A DNA stretch of 64,000 nucleotides from Methanothrix sp. (GTDB lineage Archaea > Halobacteriota > Methanosarcinia > Methanotrichales > Methanotrichaceae), in the NCBI GenBank assembly GCA_037128175.1, contig JBAXWY010000005.1, positions 1 through 64,000 of the forward strand, in the 5' to 3' direction. This document shows, piece by piece, positions 19,828-30,614 of this stretch. The stretch's first letter is position 1, and each line of letters starts with the position of its first letter. The notes under the pieces were generated by a model. It was not told where the DNA came from. It ran no database searches and worked only from the letters and a program-made list of their open reading frames with translations. Made by a program: the position numbers and the translations under genes.

Positions 19828-19949
19828 TCCGTAGCCATTTGGTTATAACCAGCGGCTAACGACGTTTCCACCACAGAGACACAGAGTTCACAGAGAACGC
19901 ACAGAGCGACCTAACTAACAACTGGAAAAACATAGTAACCAGAGGTTAG
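19825..19949 (+). repeat. CACAGAG-rich dispersed repeat (family B)
   Basis: GTTATAACCAGCGGCTAACGACGTTTCCACCACAGAGACACAGAGTTCACAGAGAACGCACAGAG; inverted homologue at 40561-40673. Confidence 0.85.
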
Positions 19950-19979
19950 ACACGGGAAATAGCGAAGAGCCCCTTTTTC

Positions 19980-21000
19980 TCAGTCACCCTCCAGCGGGCA
20001 GTTGCAGCTCGCTCCCTCCCCGGCGATTCCCTCGTCGCATATCATCTCCGATCGGTCCAGCCCCCACTCGGGAGGCCGCCAGCCGTCCTCGGCGTAGGAT
20101 GTCGCCTCGCCCACCGTCACCGTGGCACTGGCCGCTGCTGTTGCCCCTCCGGAGCCGTCCCGGGCATGAGCCTCTATTCTGGCCGTGTTCACGAATTTGC
20201 CGTTTTCTGTGGCCTTTGCCAGGTATTCGATGAACCGGCTTTCACCGGCCGGGATAGCCGCCGTCACCCAGACCAGATTCTGCCCTTGCACCTGGGGCTC
20301 TGCCGAGGCATTGAGCAGTTGCAGACCAGTCGGAAGGCAGTCCGTGACCTGCGCGACGAGGCTCACATTGGCCTGGTTTTTGAGAAGGATGCGATACCAG
20401 ATCAGACTGTTGTCAGTCGCATCGATGCGGGCCTGCTTTTCCACAAGCATCTTTGGCTGGCAGCAGGAGAGCCAGCCGAACTGCATGACGCTCATGTTGC
20501 CGGCATGGCGGAGAGGAAAATGAGATCGGAGGAGGCCTGTTCCGTGATGATAACATCTCTCAGTTTTACTTTGCTTTCGTAAGTGATGGTGTAAGCGACG
20601 GTAGCCCCCGGCCAGACCTCCTTCAGGTCTGAGGTCTTGTTCAGCTTTACCAGGTCGATCGGTTGCTTCAGACACTTCACGCGTATCTGGGCAATTACCG
20701 GGGGCCACGGCTGCCTGGGCTGGTGCTGCCCGTGACCACCACTGTGCTGGTGAGGCTCTCCGATGCTCCTGGTTGTACTTGAGAGGTTACGATTATGGTG
20801 GTTAAAAGCGATGGAGCTTCTGCGGAGTTCACAGATGTGGCCAAAGATTCGACCGTCTGGGCAGCAATCTGTGAGCCAAAGGAGAGGGCCGTCCAGATCA
20901 TAGTGGTGGTACCGTCAGAGTTCTCGATTACGCTCTGGGGACTGGGTTTTGAGGAGACGAACTTCAGGCCTTTGGGCAGCGTGTACTTCGCGCCCAGGCT
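19980..21000 (-). pseudogene. Fragmented DUF11 (Ig-like repeat) surface protein
   Basis: DUF11-type segments (KTSD..EVWPGATVAYTITY; VTDCLPTGLQLLNAS) lie in three different frames, with no intact 5' end. Confidence 0.75.
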
Positions 21001-21206
21001 ACCGAGCAGGATATGTCATTAAGATTTTTGGTTCGGTTGAATCTTGTGGTGATGGCCTGGTGAAATAACTATCAAACGACCATTTAAAATTTCCTGCCAC
21101 TACATGACGCAACAGAACTCTATTGAGATAGCTTAATATAACAAAAGAAGAATTTACAATTATTATACATGACTAACTGACCCAAAGCAAATGAAGCTGT
21201 GGAGAA

Positions 21207-21776
21207 GTGGTAATGGACCTCAATTTAACTGGTACTATAGCTGCAAATCTCACATCGATGGTAGCTGCCAAGACAGATTACGCACAATTATATTCTCAAA
21301 TAGTAACAGCAACCGTGACATTAGTAGCTGTCTTTCTTGCGCAATATCTTAACTCCCGATCCGAAAAAGTAAAACGCGAAGAAGAGAAAAAGAAAAAATG
21401 GTTAGAAGGAAAAAGACTAGCATATCATAAATTTATAGAGGTAATATCACAACCAATTGACGAGTCCAAATCAGGTGCAAATTACATTATTGACATATCG
21501 CTAAAAGCAGCAAGCTTCGGCAATGTAAATCTTCTTGCTCCAGTCAATGTAGATCTTAAGGATAATGATGGGAACAACTATCAAATAATTATACAATCAC
21601 TAAACGACTTTATTGGAAGTATATTAAAGATAAAATATCAAAAAGAGGCTAATCTACATAACCAGAGTTCAAATCTTGAGACTTTAAGGGAAACAGCTGC
21701 AGCAAATTTCTGCCCGTTGTTTTTAAATTTTTTAACAGAAGAATACGCAAAAAAAACTGGAGGGAATCAGGATTAA
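21207..21776 (+). CDS. Hypothetical membrane-anchored protein (AT-rich)
   Basis: 189-aa ORF with one TM helix followed by a basic/coiled segment. Confidence 0.6.
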   Translation: MVMDLNLTGTIAANLTSMVAAKTDYAQLYSQIVTATVTLVAVFLAQYLNSRSEKVKREEEKKKKWLEGKRLAYHKFIEVISQPIDESKSGANYIIDISLKAASFGNVNLLAPVNVDLKDNDGNNYQIIIQSLNDFIGSILKIKYQKEANLHNQSSNLETLRETAAANFCPLFLNFLTEEYAKKTGGNQD

Positions 21777-22004
21777 CAGTGAATCGCCGTTCATCCTACA
21801 CCTTGATACTGCATACATCATGATAATTCACCCAGAGTGGCAGTTGATCGATATTGGTTAATAATGCAGCTATTTCATAATGTAACTGAATAGCAAAATA
21901 ATAATAATAATAATAATTGATATATGGTATAAAAATATAACCGCCTAGTTGGATCATTTTATGGAAAAGTATTTATTGAGGATGTAGTCATTCAATTACA
22001 AATT

Positions 22005-22790
22005 ATGACGTGGCTAAACGGAGGAATTAAAGATACACTCCCAACTCCAAGTGCAGTCCCAACTTCAGATAGGACCGCAACTACTACTATGGATCCGTTC
22101 GCATTTCCATCTTCTTGGTGGCTTAATGACGAATTAAGAGATAAAATTGGGGAATATCCACTATATTCATTTCTATTGCATACTGATAAAGACCAGGAGA
22201 TAGTGGCGTATTTGAACGGCAAAAATCCTTGGATACACAACATTAGCGGAAAAGATTGCCTAATTTTCACCTTTGAGAAGCCATCAAACCGCGACAAAGA
22301 ATGGAAAGCCACATGGGAAGCACGATTGGGTAAAGATTTTAATAAAATATTTGATAATTGGGAAAAAATGACAGACTTTTCAAGGAATACCGATATTAAG
22401 AATATATCCGATATAATGGGTATACCTATTAACCATATGCCTTGTCTTGTATTTACAGAAGACATACATGCTAAAAATCTCTTAGAAATTCCAATTATAG
22501 TAAAAAAAGAAGAAGATTGCAATGACTATTTCATGGACATATTTACTTGCGTCAATTCAGCGGCGGGAGCACAAAAGGAAAATAGAATCATTGTATTGCG
22601 GTCTAAATGGGAGAATTGTTGGAAGAAGAGATGGTCTAAACCGGAATACTTGGGAGAAAGAGAAAAAGCGATATATGACGAATTCCTCAGTAAAGGGGGG
22701 TCAATAATAAAAAAACTTGACAACTTAGTAAATATTCTCAACGATATGTCGCCGACTCTGAAACGACAAGGTGAGGACGAACTTGAGTAA
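22005..22790 (+). CDS. Hypothetical protein (AT-rich)
   Basis: 261-aa ORF with globular alpha/beta composition. Confidence 0.7.
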   Translation: MTWLNGGIKDTLPTPSAVPTSDRTATTTMDPFAFPSSWWLNDELRDKIGEYPLYSFLLHTDKDQEIVAYLNGKNPWIHNISGKDCLIFTFEKPSNRDKEWKATWEARLGKDFNKIFDNWEKMTDFSRNTDIKNISDIMGIPINHMPCLVFTEDIHAKNLLEIPIIVKKEEDCNDYFMDIFTCVNSAAGAQKENRIIVLRSKWENCWKKRWSKPEYLGEREKAIYDEFLSKGGSIIKKLDNLVNILNDMSPTLKRQGEDELE

Positions 22791-23184
22791 TCAATTAACA
22801 TTCAAGTGCAATCCAAGATGAACTTAAATTGAAAATCCCTTTGGCCTCTATGCTTTACGTCCAGGGACAAAGCAAAATCCTGCACAATTGGTCTGCCAAT
22901 AGTCTAATTCCATCTCTAAGCTTGAATATTTCCATAATGAAACCTTCTTTCCTTTACCTGTTGCCATCGCTCACACCAAGCCTCAAAGCGATACGATCGC
23001 CTGAACCTTAGAAGCGTCCAGATTGCCTTTATGATATCAAGATCAGCTTGCAACTTATCCGATCGACTCCTCAACTGGGGCCAGCCTTTTGAGGTCGTCA
23101 GTCTCGATAAAGCGGGACATTCTTTTCTGGACGTCTCGAATCTTGCGATCGATATCATTAAGCGCGTTAAATATTATTTTTTTG

Positions 23185-23325
23185 AATACCCAGCAGCTCT
23201 GCTGCAGGGATAAAGGGCATAGGTATCCAACTTCGGAGAGGATCAGCTACCGGATTCCGTCTTCATGCGGCAGCGCCTCGCATGCCCCGCCAGCTCTGCT
23301 GTGGAGTGCACCGCCGCCGTTTGAC
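23185..23325 (+). repeat. Hairpin repeat family C (IS200/IS605-end-like)
   Basis: Colinear with 51338-51478: AATACCC..hairpin..GGGATAAAGGGCAT...CTTCATGCGGC..GATGCCCCGC..GCCGCCGTTT. Confidence 0.8.
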
Positions 23326-23849
23326 TTATTTTTTTTGAATTATCATATCTCAGATTTTCAATCCCATACTTCTGAGTATATAAAGCAACCATGTGCGATG
23401 CCGCAGTCTCTTCGATGGAGTTCGTCCCCGTTCGTGGACAGGTGCCTGCAGACAGGAGGATGCGCGCGCAGGCTTCGGGCCTGGGGGCTCGCGCGCGTGG
23501 GACTATCGCAAGAATTGCCCCAATATGATGCAGAGAGGGATTGGGCGACTACATGCCTTCGTGAATATGATAATATTTGCAAAAGTTATTATAACATTAT
23601 CCGAAAATTTTATAATAACTAAAGGATGAGCGCTTGGGGGAAGAAGCCGCCGACAAGTTCCTGCGTATAATAGAAGCTATTCAGTAAGACGATTATCCCC
23701 ATTCATCTTTTTCTATATCTTTTGCCCTCCGGAAAAGTTAATCTCATCAGCCGTCCCCATCTGGACCGGGGTTCATTTTCATCCTCATGTGTGATATGAA
23801 GTCATAAGCCCACAACACTGGGCATGCAGAAACAAAAGTGTTTGAGGGA

Positions 23850-24317
23850 TCAAGCGCAGGGCAGATACCCGTCCTCGCACATGTGATCCTTGGCCACAAT
23901 GATCTTCTCATCAATGGAAAAGTTGCCCACAAACATGTGATTGATGCGCGAGACCTCGTCCTTTATGTCGCCGGTCTCCGGGTCCAGCACCAGATAGCCG
24001 ATACGGCCAATGCCGATGAAGTCTGCATCTATGGTCATCTCCGTAAGATTGGGCAGAGCCTTCAATTCCATCTTAGTGGAGAGACGGGTGGCATCGGTAA
24101 ATTCTTTGGATGCGCTCATTTTCATGGGATAGTTATGCAGATTGGTGCTCTCCCGAAACTTCTGGTCGTAAGAGAAAAGATGAGCATTGGGATTGCTCTT
24201 GCTGCCTATCTCCATCACATAATGCTCGGCATAGGCCGGGCTCATGACAATGCATAGGACAAAAATGAGGGAAATAATGAGTTTTATCAGTCCCGAAAAT
24301 GCCGCTTTTGTCTTCAT
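23850..24317 (-). CDS. Secreted hypothetical protein
   Basis: Signal peptide ending AYA-E; immediately downstream of dapF. Confidence 0.65.
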   Translation of the reverse strand: MKTKAAFSGLIKLIISLIFVLCIVMSPAYAEHYVMEIGSKSNPNAHLFSYDQKFRESTNLHNYPMKMSASKEFTDATRLSTKMELKALPNLTEMTIDADFIGIGRIGYLVLDPETGDIKDEVSRINHMFVGNFSIDEKIIVAKDHMCEDGYLPCA

Positions 24318-24336
24318 TTTTGCCTCAATAATTCTC

Positions 24337-25248
24337 TCACGGCTGCATGGAGAGATTCCACAGGTATTCTTCCGAAAGCTCGCCCGAGCAGACCGTTACT
24401 GCCGGCCCTTCCATGAAGGCTTTGCCCTCTTCGAAGGTTATCAGCAAAGGTCCGCCTCTGGTCTGCACCTGGACTTCATCATCCACCAGTTCCAGGCGAC
24501 GGGCCACACAGGCGGCAGCCACAGATCCCGTGCCACAGGAGAGGGTCTCCCCTTCCACACCCCGCTCGAAGGTCCTGATCTCCAAAGGCTGGCCGATCTT
24601 GACAAAATTCACATTTACCCCTTCCGGAAAGAGATTATTGTGTCTTATGAGCAATGCTGCTTCGCGGATGTCAAAATCCATGTCCTCGACGAAAACAACG
24701 GCATGGGGTACACCAGTGTTGACCGCCGATACCTTGCAGCCTTCCATCTCTTCCGAGATCAGCTCTCCCAAGCCGCAGGCCGGTATGGAAGGCCGGTCGA
24801 ACCTTGGCACCCCCATATCGACCTTAGCCCAAAAAGAGCCATCCATCTCTCGAACCTGCACGGGAATTATGCCGGCCAGGGTTTCCACATCGAAGAACTC
24901 GCCCACATATCCCGTGTCCCAGGCATATTTGGCCAGGCAGCGTATGCCGTTGCCGCACATCTCCGCTTCTGAGCCATCCGGCTGAATGAGCCTCATGCTC
25001 GTGGCCGCTCGCGAGCTGTTAGTCAGGAACAAGACACCATCCGCACCTATGCCATAGTGACGGTGGCAGAGGGCAATGGCAAACCTTCTCTTCTCGCTCT
25101 CAGCTACCTGGCATTGCCCCATCTCATCTACCAGGATGAAGTCGTTGCCGTTTCCGTGCAGCTTGGTGAAGGTCAGGCCGTGAGGCCGAAAAGGATCGTC
25201 ATCAAGCTCTATCTCAGAAATATCTGCCAGCTTCATTTTATATACCAT
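24337..25248 (-). CDS. dapF: Diaminopimelate epimerase
   Basis: Motifs FTKLHGNGNDF, EMCGNG, GVPH and ERGVEGETLSCGTG. Confidence 0.95.
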   Translation of the reverse strand: MVYKMKLADISEIELDDDPFRPHGLTFTKLHGNGNDFILVDEMGQCQVAESEKRRFAIALCHRHYGIGADGVLFLTNSSRAATSMRLIQPDGSEAEMCGNGIRCLAKYAWDTGYVGEFFDVETLAGIIPVQVREMDGSFWAKVDMGVPRFDRPSIPACGLGELISEEMEGCKVSAVNTGVPHAVVFVEDMDFDIREAALLIRHNNLFPEGVNVNFVKIGQPLEIRTFERGVEGETLSCGTGSVAAACVARRLELVDDEVQVQTRGGPLLITFEEGKAFMEGPAVTVCSGELSEEYLWNLSMQP

Positions 25249-25310
25249 GCACCTTTTTACTTAGATTGTGCTGATGTATACTAATGTGTGCTGATGTGTG
25301 GTGATGTCAT

Positions 25311-26591
25311 ATTAAACCCATTCTACAGGTGGCACTGGATCTTCTGGAGCTGGACAGATCAATTCAGATAGCCAAAGAGGCAGTCTCGGGCGGCGCAGAC
25401 TGGATTGAGGCAGGAACACCTCTTATCAAGAGCGAGGGCATGGACGCTGTGCGCGAGATGAAGAAGGCCCTGCCCGGCACCAAAATCGTAGCCGATATGA
25501 AGACCGTGGACACCGGGGCCATGGAGGTGGAGATGGCAGCCAAAGCCGGAGCCGATATAGTGGCATTGCTTGCCGCCTCCGACAACTCCACCATCGAGGA
25601 TGCCCTGCGAGCGGCACGAAAATACGGCGTGCAGATCATGATGGATCTTCTCACCGTTCCTGATCCGGTTAAGCGCTCCCGCGAGCTGGATGCCCTCGGT
25701 GTGGACTACATCTGCGTTCACGTAGGCATCGACCAGCAGATGACCGGTCGCGACACAGTCGATTTCCTGAAAGAGATCGTAAGAGAGGTCAAAACTCCCG
25801 TGGCGGCAGCAGGCGGCATAGATGCCCTCACAGGTGCCGAGGCTATCGCCAGCGGTGCTGCTATCGTCATTGTGGGCGGAAGCATTGTGAGAAGCGCCGA
25901 TGTGACCGCATCCGCCCGCAAGATTCGCGAAGCAATAGACCATGCAAAGATCAACGCCGCTCCAAAAGTAAGCCTGGAGGAGGAGATGGTGGCCATTTTG
26001 CGAAAGGTATCGGCACCCAACATCTCCGATGCCATGCACCGCAAAGGAGCCATGCGCGGCATACTTCCCATCAATCAGGGCAGCAAGATCGTAGGCAGGG
26101 CAATAACCGTGCAGACCTTTGCCGGGGACTGGGCCAAGCCCGTGGAGGCCATCGACCTTTGCGGTCCGGGGGATGTGCTGGTCATCTACAACGGCAGCAA
26201 CTTTATCGCGCCCTGGGGCGGTCTCGCCACTTTGAGCAGCAAGAATAAGGGAATTGAAGGCGTGGTAATAGATGGAGCCGTGCGGGATGTGGATGAGATC
26301 AGAGCTCTTAACTACCCCATATTCTCCTCAGGCATCACCCCCAACGCCGGCGACCCCAAAGGCATGGGCGAGATCAACTCCGAGATCACCTGCGGCGGCC
26401 AGACGGTGCGCCCCGGAGACTACATTGTAGGAGACGATAGCGGAGTCGTGGTCATACCCAAAGAGAGGGCCTACGAGATCGCCAGGAGAGCCAACGAGGT
26501 AGAGAAGATGGAAAGCAGGCTCTATGAGGAGATCCGGCGCGGCAAGACCCTTTCCCAGGTGGCAAACCTTAAGAAATGGGAGAAGGTTTGA
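25311..26591 (+). CDS. hxlA: Bifunctional 3-hexulose-6-phosphate synthase / RraA(MenG)-like protein
   Basis: Motifs [21 protein letters not shown] and HVGIDQQ; C-terminal RraA domain (WGGL, DGAVRD, GDDSGVV). The start is inferred as ATT at 25311. Confidence 0.9.
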   Translation: MKPILQVALDLLELDRSIQIAKEAVSGGADWIEAGTPLIKSEGMDAVREMKKALPGTKIVADMKTVDTGAMEVEMAAKAGADIVALLAASDNSTIEDALRAARKYGVQIMMDLLTVPDPVKRSRELDALGVDYICVHVGIDQQMTGRDTVDFLKEIVREVKTPVAAAGGIDALTGAEAIASGAAIVIVGGSIVRSADVTASARKIREAIDHAKINAAPKVSLEEEMVAILRKVSAPNISDAMHRKGAMRGILPINQGSKIVGRAITVQTFAGDWAKPVEAIDLCGPGDVLVIYNGSNFIAPWGGLATLSSKNKGIEGVVIDGAVRDVDEIRALNYPIFSSGITPNAGDPKGMGEINSEITCGGQTVRPGDYIVGDDSGVVVIPKERAYEIARRANEVEKMESRLYEEIRRGKTLSQVANLKKWEKV

Positions 26592-26725
26592 TTGATCGTC
26601 GGGCTTGGACGGCAAGCTATGAAAGGCAACTTTGACGACAAGCCGTAAATAGATTGAAATATTCATATTCGCAAAGCAATATTATGTGGTGGGTTTAAAT
26701 ATAGAGGAAGTTCGAGGAGAATAAC

Positions 26726-27616
26726 ATGGAATTGGAGGACATAGTTTCTAAGTACCCACCCAAGCAGATAATGCTGGTTCCTATCGCCATCATAATATTA
26801 GCACTTATCAGCTTGGGCGCGACCTATCTTGCCACAGGCTCACCTGTGAAGCTGGGGATAGAGTTTACAGGAGGCACTCTTGTCACAGTGCCTTCGATGG
26901 ATTCGGAAGAAAAAGTGGCGGCAGAGTTTGCTTCTTATCCTATGGTGGACATAAGAAACATCGGCAGCAGATATATGCTCCAGTTCGGCCCCATGAGCGA
27001 ATCGCAGTATGCCGATCTGGTCAAGCTGGCCAATAACAATTTCGATAGTCCGGAGATCAGGCACATAGGACCGATTTACAGCAAGGAGCTTCAGGCGCAG
27101 GTCATCAGGTACCTTCCTCTTTCGTTCCTATTGATGGCCATAGTGGTCTTCCTGGTGTTCAGGGAACCTATAGTTTCTCTGCTTATTGTGGTCAGTGCGC
27201 TGGCCGACATTTTGACGGCAGCGGCTTCCATGAACTTGACGGGCGTACAGCTCTCACTGGGAACGGTGGCTGCACTTCTCATGCTCATCGGTTATTCTGT
27301 TGATACCGATATCCTGCTATCCATGAGGGTGTTGAAGCGTAAGGGCAGCGTGGAAGAGAAGATCTTGGGAGCGATGGGAACGGGCCTGACTATGGCCGGG
27401 ACCACCATTGGTGCGGTAATTTCCCTGATAATAGTCTCAAACTTCCTATACCTCATAATACCGTCATTTACCAGAATGGACATCATTGCCGATATGTCTG
27501 CAGTTCTCATATTCGGCCTGGCTGCGGATGTCTTCAACACCTGGGTCACCAATGCCCAGGGGCTCAGATGGTACTTGAATAGACCGAAGAAGGCGGCACG
27601 GGGGCAGAGAAGATGA
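26726..27616 (+). CDS. secF: Protein translocase subunit SecF
   Basis: Motifs LGIEFTGG and IGYSVDTDILL; 6 TM. Confidence 0.95.
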   Translation: MELEDIVSKYPPKQIMLVPIAIIILALISLGATYLATGSPVKLGIEFTGGTLVTVPSMDSEEKVAAEFASYPMVDIRNIGSRYMLQFGPMSESQYADLVKLANNNFDSPEIRHIGPIYSKELQAQVIRYLPLSFLLMAIVVFLVFREPIVSLLIVVSALADILTAAASMNLTGVQLSLGTVAALLMLIGYSVDTDILLSMRVLKRKGSVEEKILGAMGTGLTMAGTTIGAVISLIIVSNFLYLIIPSFTRMDIIADMSAVLIFGLAADVFNTWVTNAQGLRWYLNRPKKAARGQRR

Positions 27617-29292
27617 GCCTATTCGAGGAATTATCCAAGGATCGAAGGGTCGTATTGTATGCGGTGTTCGTGGCTTTGGCCATCATTTCCATCGGCTTTT
27701 TCGGTCTGAAGTTCGGGCTGGATCTGGAAGGCGGCTCATATCTGCAACTGCAATTGCAGGGAGCAGAGGCGCAAATCGATGTCCCGCCGGAAAAGATTCT
27801 GGAAATGCAATTTAATAACTCTACCGTAGAGAAGCACGGACAGAGCTATGTGGTGACTGTGCCGGGAATTGTCGATTCAACCTTTACTGATGATCTCGGC
27901 TACATAGGTTCGAAAATTGCAAAAGGAGATAACAGCACCAAGATCACAATAATGGCTGCTCCTGAGACGATTGTCATCAATTACCTCAAGAAGAATCTGG
28001 ATGCAGATGTCCAGCTCAATGTTGCAGTCGCACCCATCCGCTATGAGATCCGGACTAATGTTACCCGGGAATCGCTCAATGCTCTCTTAGCTCCTGTGGG
28101 TGGCAAAGTGCCTCCCGGCGAAGACGCATTTGTAATGGGCGTGTCCAAGGAGACCGTGGACGAGACCAAGAAGGTTTTGGACTCCAAGCTCAACCGCCTG
28201 GGACTGCAGGACATAAAGGTAAGAGTTGTAGATAATAAGTACATCCTCATCGATCTGGCCGGAATGGATGTAGCCGCTGCCCAGGAGGTAGTGGGCAAGC
28301 CCGGCAAGTTCGAGATAAGAATCCAGACCGAGAACAACCAGAGCATGCATGTGCTCTACGGAGATGCCGTGGAGTCGGTGGAGATTCCCGACCCAAGAAA
28401 TGGAGGATGGGGAGTTCCCTTTGTTCTCTCGGAAGAGGGAGCGATGATCTTCCAGAAGGCGGCGATCGATTCGGATGCCACCAAGAGACCTGAGGACCAT
28501 TACATATCCATGTACCTGGATAAGGATGAGATCTTTTCCGCTCCTCTTGCCCCCGAGCTGGCAAGCAGTCTTCAGAAGGCTCCCTCCCGAAGCATGCAGG
28601 CAACAGTAGGTGGAGGCGATGCAGGCTCAGTTAAGGCTAAAGAGCTTTACATCCACCTGCGAGAAGGCGCCCTGCCGGTAAATGTCGAGGTTGTCGGCTC
28701 CGGTCAGGTATCGGCAGCTTTGGGCAGGCAGTTTAAGATTCAAATGGTCATAGCCGGGCTGATTGCTCTCATGGCCGTAGCCGGCATGATTTACTACCGC
28801 TACCGGGAGAGAAGGATTGTCCTGCCTATGGTGACAACCTCCTTTTTCGAGGTCGTAATGATGCTGGGCGTCTGGGCAGTAGCCGGCTGGCAGCTGGATC
28901 TGGCAAGCCTGGCCGGCATCATCATGGTGATAGGCACAGGCGTGGATCAGCTGGTCATCATCACCGATGAGCTGATGAAAGGCGGCGAGGCGGCGGTATC
29001 AACCGTTGAGCGCAGCATCAAGGAGAGGGCAGCTGACGCGGCTGAGAAAGCAGGGGTAGGCAATATTGTCGCCACAACCAACAAGGTCTATTTGGCCCGG
29101 CTCTCCAAGGCTTTCATGATCATAATGGGAGCTGCCGCTACAACGGTTGTGGCTATGCTGCCGTTGCTTGTCATGGGCTTTGGCTCGCTCACCGGATTTG
29201 CACTCATCATCATCCTGGGTGTGATCCTGGGCACATTCATAGCGAGACCAGCTTACGGCAGGATCATCGGGCACATACTGGCCACGGATTAG
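27613..29292 (+). CDS. secD: Protein translocase subunit SecD
   Basis: Motifs FGLDLEGG, GALPV and IGTGVDQLVIITDE; ATGA overlap with secF. Confidence 0.95.
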   Translation: MSLFEELSKDRRVVLYAVFVALAIISIGFFGLKFGLDLEGGSYLQLQLQGAEAQIDVPPEKILEMQFNNSTVEKHGQSYVVTVPGIVDSTFTDDLGYIGSKIAKGDNSTKITIMAAPETIVINYLKKNLDADVQLNVAVAPIRYEIRTNVTRESLNALLAPVGGKVPPGEDAFVMGVSKETVDETKKVLDSKLNRLGLQDIKVRVVDNKYILIDLAGMDVAAAQEVVGKPGKFEIRIQTENNQSMHVLYGDAVESVEIPDPRNGGWGVPFVLSEEGAMIFQKAAIDSDATKRPEDHYISMYLDKDEIFSAPLAPELASSLQKAPSRSMQATVGGGDAGSVKAKELYIHLREGALPVNVEVVGSGQVSAALGRQFKIQMVIAGLIALMAVAGMIYYRYRERRIVLPMVTTSFFEVVMMLGVWAVAGWQLDLASLAGIIMVIGTGVDQLVIITDELMKGGEAAVSTVERSIKERAADAAEKAGVGNIVATTNKVYLARLSKAFMIIMGAAATTVVAMLPLLVMGFGSLTGFALIIILGVILGTFIARPAYGRIIGHILATD

Positions 29293-29334
29293 ACGGGAGA
29301 AGAAATGCCTGCAGGTCGAGCGGACTTGCAGGAT

Positions 29335-29400
29335 AATCTTTTCTTTTTAATTTTAGTGCTTCCTTGCTTATTTTTTTTTTAGGAGCGGGCTTTTTTTGTG
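29335..29400 (+). terminator. Oligo-T tracts after secD (archaeal terminator-like)
   Basis: Several T6-T11 runs between secD and the next gene. Confidence 0.45.
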
Positions 29401-29543
29401 CTCTTGGCTATTTTCTTTCATCATTCTCACGATCCCAACTCATGACTTGAAAAAATTGCTGCAGCTTCGTGGATCGAAATCTGCTCCCGCTCGAGCAGAA
29501 AGATGTAAATATAGAGAAAATATAGTTATTAAAGGAGATATAG

Positions 29544-29921
29544 ATGCCCGGCGTTGATGCCATAAATGCCACTCTTGATGAACTATTCGAGGCACTCTCG
29601 TCCCAGTTAATATGCGAGCCTATTGAGTTGGAGGACAAGATCATCATACCGATCACAAAGATGGGCATGGTTTTATGCACCGATATCGGTCGAACCGGCC
29701 CGCATGTGAGCCCGGAAGGCCTGGATAGGTGCAAAGCTGGTGGGGGAGTAGGGATCTTTCCCGTTGCGGTGGTGATCGTCTTCAAAGGAATCTTGGGGCC
29801 ACAGGGCGTGAAGGTTGTCTCCTTGTCGCTACCAGGGGAATCGTTATCTGACATCGCTCATGTCTTAATGGAGAAAATAATGGGCCATAGAGAAAAGAGA
29901 ACTGATAATCTGGTAGAATAG
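29544..29921 (+). CDS. YtfJ/GerW family protein
   Basis: EPIELEDKIIIPITK...GGGVGIFPVAVVIV. Confidence 0.75.
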   Translation: MPGVDAINATLDELFEALSSQLICEPIELEDKIIIPITKMGMVLCTDIGRTGPHVSPEGLDRCKAGGGVGIFPVAVVIVFKGILGPQGVKVVSLSLPGESLSDIAHVLMEKIMGHREKRTDNLVE

Positions 29922-29943
29922 CCGCCAGCTTGAGGCTTCCGAG

Positions 29944-30612
29944 ATGCAGTTTTATTATCTAGCCGTATTTTTCTTGATTATTATCATTCTTTTAGCTTTT
30001 CTTCTCCTTGCCCCCTTTCATCTCTCCCTGAATATCGGCAAGAAGGGACCACTGATCGAGGGTAGTATTAAGCTCGCCTGGCTTGGGCTTACTTTAATGA
30101 AAGCAGAGATTTCCCCCCAATCCGCCGGTGATTTTCTGGCGTCCATCTGGAAAGAGGCATCCGGAACGAAAGATCGAACCATTGAGGCGAGAAAGTCCGA
30201 CGAGGAGGAGATGGGAAGAGAGGAAAGAAGCGAAATCGATAATCAAAAAAAAGGTGTCGTTCGGCCTCCCAGTATCCAATCTCTGATTAATGCCGCTCCG
30301 GCCCTGGCGAAAATTCTCAGGGATCTGCTCAAGTCAATCCACTTTAAAAATATCTCCTGCAGATTATGCTTTGGCCTGGACGATCCCGCCCAAACTGCGA
30401 TTATCAGTGGCTACCTCTGGTTTTTGGCATCAGCGCTCGGCCTTTTTTCGGCCAGGATCTTCATAGAGCCCTGGTTTGAGGGAGAACGGCTGGAGGGTGA
30501 ACTCGTAGCCGAGATGGAGGCCAGACTGCAGTGGGCCGTCTTTGCCGTGATCCAGGTCCTGCGAGTGAGGGAGATAAGGTTGCTCTTAAAAGAAACGTTG
30601 GGGTGGGCATAA
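29944..30612 (+). CDS. DUF2953-domain membrane protein
   Basis: N-terminal TM; FGLDDPAQTAIISG motif; typical YtfJ neighbour. Confidence 0.75.
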   Translation: MQFYYLAVFFLIIIILLAFLLLAPFHLSLNIGKKGPLIEGSIKLAWLGLTLMKAEISPQSAGDFLASIWKEASGTKDRTIEARKSDEEEMGREERSEIDNQKKGVVRPPSIQSLINAAPALAKILRDLLKSIHFKNISCRLCFGLDDPAQTAIISGYLWFLASALGLFSARIFIEPWFEGERLEGELVAEMEARLQWAVFAVIQVLRVREIRLLLKETLGWA

Positions 30613-30614
30613 CT

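Noticed and set aside
19865-19910. CACAGAG tandem units as a possible CRISPR array
   Set aside because: Units are 7 bp with 2-5 bp spacing, there are no unique 30-40 bp spacers, and no cas genes are present
22916-23170. Short minus-strand ORF/fragments next to repeat C
   Set aside because: Probably a decayed gene remnant; I cannot assign a family or reliable boundaries
23410-23430. CGATGGAGTTCG, resembling the fluoride (crcB) riboswitch 5' motif
   Set aside because: The flanking P1 bases do not pair, the downstream GCTGATGAC element is absent, and no fluoride-related gene follows
25311-26591. HPS fused to an RraA/MenG-like domain as a novelty
   Set aside because: This is a known fusion architecture in methanogens
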